The translations under genes and the position numbers were made by a program. From Blastocystis sp. Blastoise (lineage: Eukaryota > Protista > Bigyra: Opalinata): DNA of 64,000 bases. Below, piece by piece: positions 48,460 through 64,000 of this stretch (positions are counted from its first letter, which is position 1; every line of letters starts with the position of its first letter). Under the pieces are notes generated by a model, which saw nothing but the letters and a program-made list of their open reading frames with translations, did no database searches and had not been told where the DNA came from. The stretch is taken from assembly GCA_039096225.1 (NCBI GenBank), contig JBBPEB010000032.1, positions 124,001 to 188,000 of the forward strand. Reading direction: 5' to 3'.

Positions 48460-49847
48460 AGTTTTCATCACTTTTCTTCTTTATTTTACTAACATTTTCA
48501 TTCATTTTTTTATATGTTTTTATTCTCATATAATTTAAAATTGTATATATTCTTTTATTTATATAATAACTAAGCTTATACAAAAATATATATATATTGG
48601 ATTAACCTAAACTATCATGTTTTTGCGCTATTTGTATAAATTATTATCAAACTCATTTATTCTATATATAGAAGATATGCTTTTTATATATTCATTTTGA
48701 TATTCACAAACTATTTTCATTTTAACATATCACTTATTTAATTTTATATTTAAAATATTAGGTAGAATCATATAAACATTATTTATATTATAGTATTATC
48801 ATTGTAAAATATATATATATAAGAAGAAATACAATAATTTATAAAAAAAGAAGAGAATAATACATTTTATTTATATATATATTTTATGGTGACTCTGTTT
48901 TATTTATTAAATATATTATTAAATCCATTTAATAATTATAATACATGATCTATCATTATTTTATTTATTCATATAAAGGTAAATAGAAAAATACAGGAAC
49001 AGAGAAGCTTTATTATTATTCAATAGTTCATAATTAAATTTAAAAAATACTAAAAATATATATATTCTATTAAATTCTCAAAAAAAAATAATAAAAATTG
49101 CATTAAAACTTTTTCGTTTTTATATCTTCATATCTAAGAATAAAATAAATCAAAATAATTTATTTTTTACGTTATTTATCAATCCCAATTCACAAATAGA
49201 TACTTTATATGGGATAACAAATTGAAAATAATCAGTCATTTTTTTCTTTTGTAAAAAAAGTATTCTATAAGTTATTATTATATACACCAACGTTTCTATG
49301 AAATACTGAATAATTTTTCAATAATAAAATAATTATTCTGAGTTTCATTCAATAAATATGTTTACTCATTAACAAATTAAATGCATAAATATCTATTTAT
49401 ATCTTATTTAAAACAATTTAATTACAATTTTATTATAAAACAAGAGTTTGTAGAGGGGTCTCACTTCAATTGAGACTTCAATTCTATTTTTATATTCTTA
49501 TATATAAATAAATCATCAAAATAAAAGTAACAATTTATTAATTAACCTTCTATTATAACATTTGAAAACAAATTTCTAGTTTATCTTATTAAAATATTTA
49601 TATCAGTGAATTACTATTAACATAGACTCTAGAAAATCTTAACTACACTTATAGTTTTTGTGTATTCTATCAGGAAAGAAAAAAGTGAAAGCAAAAGAAT
49701 TTCCACCAGTTTTCTTACAAATTTGACTGTAATTATTCGATTTTCCCGTATTAATTGTTCAAATTAAAAAATTTATTTATTATTTGTCTATTGTCATATA
49801 AGTCTTTATATCCTTGATATATTTCATTAATCAAGTTAAACATAAAA

Positions 49848-51285
49848 ATGTCTGATCCCTCCTGGTCTAATTATAATAGTTGGGATGAATCTAAGTCAAA
49901 AGATGACTTTGTATATATTTATTTCTCATTAATTATTTTGATAGAATGATCATAAATACAATGGAAGTTCTGAATCAATGAATAACCATTCATCTTCTCA
50001 TTTTAATCACCATTCAAATTCAAATACATCTTCTGAGAGACATAATGATTCATCATATTATAAGTAAATAGTGAATACTATAGATACATTACATATTGAT
50101 TAATTAATATACATATAAATCTTTGTATAGGAAAGATAATCGTCAAAGTTATAGCGATTCTCGATCTCATTCTAATGGAAGCCATCATTCAGATTATCAT
50201 TCTTCTGGATATAATCATAATAACAATTATAACAGCAGTGACTCGTATTCAAGTATATTCTATAGTTTTTTTAAAAATTATTCTGAATATATTATTTTAT
50301 TGTATAGTTATGAATTATGAGTTTATATTCATTTATATATATATACATAGGTAAACGACGATATCCTTCAAATAAATATTCTGATTATTCTCATCAGAAT
50401 CATGAATCTTATTCATCTACTTCATATATTTCTGATAGTCATAATAGAGATTATAAATATACTTCTACTCAATCTTCCTCTACTATAACTAGTCCACGAA
50501 GTATATCAAGTCATGGTTCAAAATATTCAAAAACAAATTCATTTCATTCTCATTCACCTTATTCTTCAAAATCTTATTATAGTAATAGTAATAATATACA
50601 TACAAAGAATGATATATATTCAAAAGACTATTCAAAAAATAATACATATTCAAAAGATAGTGTAAAGAATAATAATTATCATAATAATAATGTTAGTAAT
50701 TATGATGAATATCCGGATTCAAATCATAAACAATATTATTCCTATCAAAATAAAAATAATTCATATACAGTAACTAATAATAGTAATGGTGTTATAAATG
50801 ATGATAATAAGAGTAATAATTATTCGAATAATAATAGTTATATTAAAAATAATAATTATTCGAATAATAATGATATGAATAGTAATAATAGTAATAATAG
50901 GATAGAACAACATTCTTCTTCTTCATTATATGATTCTGAAAATATGATACAAAGAGACTCTTCTATGGACCTAGTGTCTATTTCCAATAGTAATCCTCAA
51001 AAGAAAGAAACAAAAGATACTTTTGTGAATACGAATTCTCCCTATACTAGTCATTCTACAAATAATATGTATAATGATAAATTCTCAGAAGAAAATTCAA
51101 CAAGGAATACTACCGATCTATCTAGTCATAATTCATATATTATTAATAATAATAATAAACATGATGTAGATGAAAAGAATTATGATCATTCAAATATTAG
51201 TTATAATAATAATAATAATAATATGGTTAATAATAATAATAATTTGGTTAATAATAATTTGGTTAATAATAATAATAATAATTTG

Positions 51286-51319
<34 letters not shown>

Positions 51320-52416
51320 GTCCTATTGATTTACCTATGAGTCCTTCTACTAGAAATAATAAATCACCTCCTGTTTCAACTATTATATCTAATACTGTTA
51401 CTTCTACGTCTTCTCTATCTATTTCTACTTCGAATGATGATGATAATACCAATTATTCAAAATTTGTAGGTGCTCCTAATCGATATTATACGAAATATAA
51501 TAGTTCAAGTAATCTATCTCGCATGAATTCTTCTTCAACTACTATAAATTCTTCGACTAATCTATCTTCAAGATCTTCAGACTCTGTATATTCAAATGAT
51601 ACACATAATCCTTCATCTAATCAACACATTCCTTCTTTTCTATCTCAAGAAATATTGAATTCAACAACTTCTGCTTCTTCTTCTTCTTCTTCTTCTTCAA
51701 ATCCACTTTTTCCAAAAAATACATTTTCTTCCTCTTCCTCTGGTCCTTCATTTAATTCTGTCAAATATCATCCATATAATAAACTAACTCGATCCTTTTC
51801 TTCAAATCGATATTATCCCTCTTATCCTATTGTCTTACCTCTCTCCGATGAATTCGTATATATACTGTTTTATATATCTTTTTTATTATTAGTATTTATA
51901 ATATTTATAATATTTATAATATTTATAATATTTATAATATTTATAACTTAATACTATTTATAATATTATTAATATATAACTTAATACTATTTATAATATT
52001 TATAACTGAATACTATTTTTATTATTTATAATATTTACAAATTTATATATTAATACTATTTATAAATAAATATACTATATACTATATATTATAACGTTTT
52101 CTATCTAATTTACTATATTTAGAAATCCTATTTGGATGGATTATCTATGGTATCAAAATATGTATTGAATTCTACATTGTCGTCAATGAATATAGAGTAT
52201 CATCAGAGTCTATATGACGTTCTTAACGGATCAGATAATTTTATTGAAAAAGAAGAAGAACGATTTCAATTATTTCGTGATGAAGTTGCTAAAGAATTTA
52301 AAGATATTGAAGATAATAAAATAGAAATTACTATTGATTTTGAAAAAGAGAGGAAAGAAAAAGAAAAACTAAAAGAAAAAGAGAAAGAACGAAAAACGAG
52401 GAAACAACGAAACTAA
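49848..52416 (+). CDS. Hypothetical Ser/Asn/His/Tyr-rich low-complexity protein with a short helical, basic C-terminus
   Basis: ATG at 49848, short 5' exons with GT-AG introns, a long exon at ~50351-51855 and a last exon ending TAA at 52416; no family recognised. Confidence 0.7.
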
Positions 52417-52838
52417 TTCCTTTTTCATCCACTTCTTTCTTATATAATTAAATCTTTTTTTATCTCTATTCCTTTTTCTTCTTTTTTATGCTATTTTCAT
52501 TTTTATTATTTTTTTGATGTTATTTTTCTTAGTTTTCTGTTTATTTTCATAAATTATTTAATGATTACTTTTGAAATTATTATGTTTTTCTTTTATATTC
52601 TTATGAATCATTTTATTATTAATATAAAAAAAAATTGATAATATTTACAAATAGTCATATATAATACAAAACAAAGTAATATAGCAAGTAAAAACAATAT
52701 ATAATAATCATATACTATATATAATTCAAATATTAAAAAAATATACTAATATAGTAGACTCATGATAAAGTGTAAAAAAAAACAAATCCTATATACATAA
52801 TGAAAAACAAAAAGATAAATATTTTATTAACTATTTAT

Positions 52839-53208
52839 TTATGCCCAACCAATTCCATCAGGATAAACAAGATGGAAGTTATTCAACCAAGATATTGTTG
52901 GATAACCAAGTTGAAAGAAAAGATTCCAACCAATAAAAACTACAGTCCATGCAATAAATCCCCATAAAGAATACATAAAATCTATAAAAAGTAATTGTTA
53001 AAGATATAGAAATGAAAAATAAGGAGTAAAATCATATACATTTATGAAGTTGTTTTCCATTCTTGTTAGGATTCTTATAAGAATCACGGAAAACAATGAT
53101 ATTGAAAAACCATACTAATGGAAGACAGAAACATCCAATAATAAACATTCTTCTAGCTACTTGAAGTTCCTCATCAGAAACATCTTGCTTATACACTTTC
53201 TGAGCCAT
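52839..53208 (-). CDS. PSENEN: Gamma-secretase subunit PEN-2 (presenilin enhancer); intron 52982-53039; not in the ORF track
   Basis: MAQKVYKQDVSDEELQVARRMFIIGCFCLPLVWFFNIIVFRDSY...QLHKYFMYSLWGFIAWTVVFIGWNLFFQ...LVYPDG matches the PEN-2 pattern (RxxxxxG..LPxxWxxN; YxxxSxxGF..W; W..FQ; P.G); about 103 aa. Confidence 0.85.
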
Positions 53209-53680
53209 CTAAATCAATGATACTATAATAAACTAGTGAATCAAACAGTATATCTAGAATAAAACAATTTTTCTGTGTTTTAAGAACTGACTCTTCATTT
53301 TCACGATTTTTTCTATTTCTGTTCTTCTAAAACGAAATTATCTTTTGTTTATAAATTTCTTTAAATAATATTACGGGATATACATAAATGGATAGTAATT
53401 GAATATTAAAATATCCTGATTTATAAATATTAAATAAATGTTTCTTGATGTTCGCAAATCATACAAATAAATAAACAAATAAAGTGTAGTTGGCACAAAT
53501 CAGCTATTTTTAAAGGAAATATAACACTAATATATATATAAATATATAATATAATTACGATAGAAAGGTTTAGATAAAAAGATGTGAATGGTTTTATAGA
53601 AAACGACCAAAAAGAAAAATCATAGAAAAATAAATAATTTTTTTAAATAATATAAATTTCTATATTCTATACAGTAAAGT

Positions 53681-54047
53681 TTAGAAATGTCTAAAGTAAT
53701 AGACAATACTGAAAATAGCAATGAATATAGAAAAGACAATGATTCTAGCTTTAGAATTAACAGGATAATAATGAGTATCTTCAATCGTTCTTCCAGGAAG
53801 AGGGTAACCAGTATAAACATAATTATTTGCATCATCTTTTTTAGCTTCTAATTCAGTTTCCACTTCATCCCAAATCTTATGAACAGCATCAAACCATTCT
53901 TCTTTAGTACCATAATCATGAGGCATTAAAACTTTAGAAGTATTACTAATTAAATTAGTACCAAATTGAAACTTTAATTCTTTTTCATTTAATAATACTT
54001 CCTATAGAGAGAAAAGTAATAGAAATAACTATTGTAATAGACTAATA

Positions 54048-54089
<42 letters not shown>

Positions 54090-54933
54090 TAAAATAAAAT
54101 AATAATAAAATAATAAAATAACAACCCATAAAAATACTTTATTAGCAGTAAGTAGTATTTGAACGGGTACATTCATATTATAAGCTACTTCTAAAACACC
54201 TGTCTTTAACTTTAATGTACCTTTACCAACAAATCTATGACCTTCAGGATATACTACACAACCATCTTGTTCTCTATATATAGTATAATAAATAATATAT
54301 ATAAAATAATATTAAAAAAATATATAAAATAATATTAAACAAAAATTATAATAAATATATATATATATATAATAAATAATATATATAAAATAATAAATAA
54401 AATATATATATATAAATATACCTAGTTTTCCAGTGTTCTTCAAAGAAATGAGTTAACCATTCACGACTAATACCTCGTTTTCTATGGAAGAACCAAACAA
54501 AGTTATTCATCCAAGCAACAAAAGCAGGTCCAGGAACACCTACAATTACCATTAATCTAGATAAATAACTAGCGCCACCAACAGCAACACTAAATAAACC
54601 ATTTAGTTAAAATAATATATAATCAAATAATAATCAAGACATATTTATGTGTATATATGCTAAAAAATAAAGTAAAATTCACAATACATACCTATCAACA
54701 AAGAAATCAGCCCAAGAACGATGATTACATAAGAACATAACTTTTCCTTTAGCAATTTCAGGAGCACCTTTAATTAAATGCTCTTTAGCACCCAAAATAT
54801 CAGTTAAATGAATGCAAAGGTAATAAACATTACCCTTTCCTACAATGCAAGTATAGAAACCATATAAGAAGCAATATATGTTAATGCATAAGACAACAAC
54901 AACTGTCTTCAAGCATTCAAATATCTCCACCAT
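53681..54933 (-). CDS. PlsC/LPAAT-like lysophospholipid acyltransferase, 4 exons
   Basis: NHRSWADFF (HX4D), FFHR, VVYPEGHR and LKTG motifs; C-terminal TM segment. Confidence 0.85.
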
Positions 54934-55825
54934 TTTCAATTGAATAAAAAGAAATATAAAATTGTTCTGTTTTTTCATAAGTTAGTGAAGAACAGCTTCG
55001 AATTCGATTATAGAAATGGCTCAGTGTTTAAAAAGTATGCTTTTTTTATGGAAAAATATGTTTTTTCAATAAAAAGAACAAAAGAACCAGGATTGATTCA
55101 TTCTAAAAGAAATAAGAGTCAACGACGTCGTTTCTCAAAATTATGATGTCATCAATTCAATTAGGAATACGTCTTTATATATGTAATAGAAACACTTTGA
55201 ATACTTGGTAATCATTGGTGTATCTTATTATCTTTATGTTGTAACATATTTAAATTATTATAATATTAGATATTTTAACCATCATTTAATGGTATTAATT
55301 ATATGATTAGATTTTTAAATGTTCTATATTAAAAAAAAGAAAAATAAAAACTGATGATTGCATTATACATATAAAAAGAGCGATACAAGTTCTTTAGTCA
55401 GTTGTCAATAAATTTGAATTTTGATTGACCAAAAATTACTGATCATATCTTGTAGTTCTCTTTTAGATTTATATTTATAAATACTTGAATTACTCCTAAA
55501 AGATTTGATTAGTGAATGAACGGGTCGGTTCCATGAAGATATTACTTATTGGTTCATCCAATAGTATGTCACAATTGAATTCTATATTTGTGTCTAAAAT
55601 AATCTTGATTATCAGTTTTCTTAAGAAAAAAGAAAATAATCGTAAATTTTTGTAACATTTTTTTTTCTTCATTTGGGATAATCGTAAATATCAAGTGAAT
55701 TTATGCGTCATTCATGATGCACTCGGTGTCTTCGGCATGTTTATATATTTTTTTGGGTATTATATTTAAACTTGAACGTTGTCTTTGTCTGATTATTAGC
55801 TTTATATAGTTAGTAATTGTTCAAA

Positions 55826-58902
<3,077 letters not shown>

Positions 58903-59871
58903 TAGAAAATGTGTACCAATTTTTGAAAACCATAAAAAAAAATTAAATTCTTGCTTTGTTATTTCTTTGTTTTATAGTATTTACTAACTATTTTCAATTT
59001 GCTAGTGCTTATTGTTGTATATTTGCTAAATACTAATTATTTCTTTTACAAATAACAGTTTTATTGTTTTAAATGATTTTTCAAACTAATTACTCAGATT
59101 TTATACTTGATCTTATAAACGTAGTATAAAAATTATATTGATTTTGTTATATCCACTAAAAACAAGTATTCTCACATAAATTATTATTCAAATAACATTA
59201 CTGTTGCTTTCAACAAACAAAAAAATGCTGTTAACTATATAATGTAGTTCTATATACAATCAGCTAATCCTACTCCCTACAACATTTACCTATTCTCCTA
59301 TTTCTCAAGAAATTGTTTAAAAAAATAAAACACTTAAAAATTCACGATTTTATTGTCTTTAGTATTAGCCAATAAAATATGTTGTTTATTCTTTCTTTTG
59401 ATTGACATTTATTTTTGTATGAAATAAGCATAGAATTGGAAGTCCAATTAAATACTTTATTTCCATTTCTTTTTGAGTTGATTGGATAAATATGTCAAAC
59501 GTGACTCGTCATCCATTATCCCAGGAACTACCACAACCTTCAACAAATCCTCCATAATTCTGAGAATTCCCATGAGAATAATTAATGTCAAGAAAAAAAA
59601 TAAAAAAATCATCGCCAAATAGGTTGTCTCTCGGCTTTAAAGCCTTTTTCTAGAATTCCAATAAAGTCGGAGAATCGCGGTATTCTTAACAAAACGTCCA
59701 TAGAAAATGATGTCTGCATCTCTTTTTAACAAAATTTCTATAGTGAAAATCTATGAATAATTACGGTTTTATTTTTTCTTGACATTTATTTTTTTGACCA
59801 TACAATAGACCTTTCATTCTTAAAAAAGTTTACACACTTTTGATAAACATTATCATTTTACCAATTGCACA

Positions 59872-60645
59872 ATGAAGTATAAGTATGTATTTTCCTATCT
59901 ATAGTCAATAATTACTGTCATTTTTTCTTGAACGCATGTTCAGAAGTGACTCATGTTCAATTTTGTGGATTTGTCTACAAGTCGCTTTTTTTAATTCTAT
60001 TGATGCTGTGTAGAACAAACAGACATCTATCTACATTTAATTAAATGATTCTCAACCATGTTTCTGTATAACAATTCTGTTTCCTCTCATCCCCGTAAGC
60101 AACGTAAGGCTCACTTCACTGCTCCTTCTCATATTCGTCGTATCAGAATGAGCGCTCCTTTATCTAAGGCTCTTCGTGAAAAGTACAACGTTCGTTCCAA
60201 TTATTCTACACATATTTTTTTATTTTTTAATCATTAATATTTATATTATTGCTATAACTAATTATTTCTATATTTCTTTTTTCTATTATGATGTCATTTT
60301 ATAAATATTTGATAATCAAAATAATTAAATAATTATTTATATAAATTTATTATTATCAACGTTCGTTCCATGCCTGTCCGTAAAGGTGATAAGGTCATGA
60401 TTGTCCGTGGTGATAAGGCCAAGACTGAAGGAACTGTTACTGAATGTTACAGAAAGAAGTACGTTCTCCACATCCAAGGTGTTACTCGTGATAAGGCCAA
60501 TGGTGCTTCCGTCAACGTTGGTATTCAAGCTTCTAATGTCGTTATTACTGATCTTAAGCTCGATAGATCTAGAAAGATCATTCTCGAACGTAAGAATCGT
60601 TCTAACAAGACCACTAAGGATGCTGCTATGGCTTCTTTAGATTAA
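59872..60645 (+). CDS. RPL26: 60S ribosomal protein L26 (uL24); exons 59872-59882, 60072-60189, 60361-60645
   Basis: [60 protein letters not shown]...; both introns lack an AG acceptor (see findings). Confidence 0.95.
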
Positions 60646-61236
60646 GTTGCTTAATATAGAATTGGTAAAAGGACGTGTTATTTATTGTTTCGTTACTATC
60701 TTTTATTATTAAAGTACTTTTATATATTCGTTAACTATTATAAATTAAATATTAAACAAATATTATATAGAATTATGAATGACTTATAATATTTTTATTA
60801 TTATTATTTTAAAATGTTTTATCAAGAAATATCGATATTATTTAAAAGAATATTTTATAATATTACATCGAGGTAACTATTAAAAACTTGGAGTATCTTA
60901 CGAAATATGATAATTAACAAAAATGGGTGTGCATTTAGTTTTAATTTAAAATATAGAATATCAACTTATATTCTTTAGATCACTAATCAATGAATACAAA
61001 TAGAATATAGAATATATTATGATATCTTCTTCATTAAAAGAGTTCTTTAATACAAAAATTACATAATTATAAAAGAAAAGAAAATTTGTGAGATAAAGAA
61101 TTAATTCCCCGTGGAAACTTCGTGTTTTTAAAGATTTTTCAACTTAATACGACAGAAATACAGAACTTGCCAGAATTGCCACAACTTTATTATTTTTTAT
61201 TCTTTTTCTTTAGCATTGATTCATATATAATTAATC

Positions 61237-62878
<1,642 letters not shown>

Positions 62879-63558
62879 TCTTATTATTATTTTTTTTAAA
62901 TATAGAAACAGAATATATACTCTACTTTCTATCCACTTTTATTTTTATTATTGTATATTTTTATATTTATATATCAATTTTTTACACATTTTTATATTCT
63001 ATTTATATTCTATTTATTTTTCTATGTACACTTTTTTCTCTTGTTTACATGAATTTATTATGTATATATCTATAAATCTATATATTCATATATACTATAT
63101 ATATTCATAATAAAAAAATATTTATTTATAATCATTATTTTTCTTAACTTTAATATATAATATTATTATCTATTTGTGCTATTCATATTTCACTTTTCTA
63201 TTTCTTTCTATTTTATTTTTCTATTATTTAATATTGTTTATACTTTTTTTTTGTCTTCTTTAATTTATTTTAAACAGACTATATTGTGCAGAGTTTCATA
63301 TATATACACTATTTTAACTATTTATATACATATTAGTTATTTTACAAATAGAAATGAACTTGATTTTTTCAATTATCCTAAATTTATTTATAAAACTCAT
63401 TATTTAAAAAGAATACTAGTTTTAAAATAAAATAACACTTTTATATATCAGTTAAAGAAAAGCCCAAAACAGACATTTCCTTTATTTTGAAAAACTGAAA
63501 TTTTTAAATTTTTTAAAAATATATTCATATTAATCATTCTTCTTGTTTTAGTTTGAAT

Positions 63559-64000
63559 ATGGAAAAAGGAAGTATTCTCGAGGTCAATAACAAAGAGTAC
63601 ATAATACTAAAAAGCATAAGTAGTGGGTATGTTACACAATTTTTATTTTCTATCTATGTAGTGCTCAAGGAATTGTATATAAAGCAAAGCAGAATTTCGG
63701 AGAGAATGAAATTGTTGCAATTAAACGTTATAATGTACGTGGTAAAGAATTTAATGCAGAAGTACAAGCTCTAGATGTATTAAATAGTCCATATATAGTG
63801 AAAATGCTAGATCATGATGAAGATAATGTATTATATATTTCATTTTCTTATATACATTATTTAGATTGTACTAGAATATCTTGAAGGCGAGTCATTAAAA
63901 CAAATTATGGCACGAGATGATACAGTTCTATCGTGCTATGATATACCCTCGATTATGGCTTGTGTTGTATGCGCCTTATTAGAATTACAGAAAAATTTCA
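63559..64000 (+). CDS. Ser/Thr protein kinase, 5' part only (runs off the window)
   Basis: Spliced ISSGAQGIVYKA...VAIKRY...AEVQALDVLNSPYIVKML...IVLEYLEGESL (subdomains I-V); first intron 63627-63661. Confidence 0.85.

Overview
Very AT-rich, intron-rich eukaryotic nuclear DNA carrying about 17 spliced protein-coding genes. Most short ORFs in the supplied track are exon fragments or translated microsatellites. The organism is inferred to be a stramenopile, most likely Blastocystis or a relative: an intronic snoRNA guide matches the stramenopile-type 18S variant CAUACGCUCG, and there are two giant He_PIG/discoidin surface proteins. Genes in order: proteasome alpha-3, mitoribosomal mS23, a bromodomain protein, a LamG-GH47 alpha-1,2-mannosidase, an AMBRA1-like WD40 protein, organellar EngA/Der, surface protein 1, a SANT-ABCF ATPase, surface protein 2, GEX1/KAR5/Brambleberry, GRP94/HSP90B1, a Ser/Asn-rich protein, PEN-2 (absent from the ORF track), a PlsC-type acyltransferase, a bZIP factor, RPL26, a LARGE-like GT49 and the 5' part of a Ser/Thr kinase. 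Best hidden signals: (1) three box C/D snoRNAs in the single GRP94 intron, two of them dual guides predicted for 18S A28 and C38; (2) an intact karyogamy gene (GEX1/KAR5) whose last intron is a U12-type AT-AC intron; (3) four introns whose ends copy the adjacent exon junction instead of GT/AG, which may be real or an RNA-read polishing artefact; (4) introns bracketed by self-complementary (UA)n tracts, with strand-polarised (TTA)n expansions; (5) SANT-ABCF and LamG-GH47 domain fusions. All family calls come from manual splicing and motif recognition; no database search was run.
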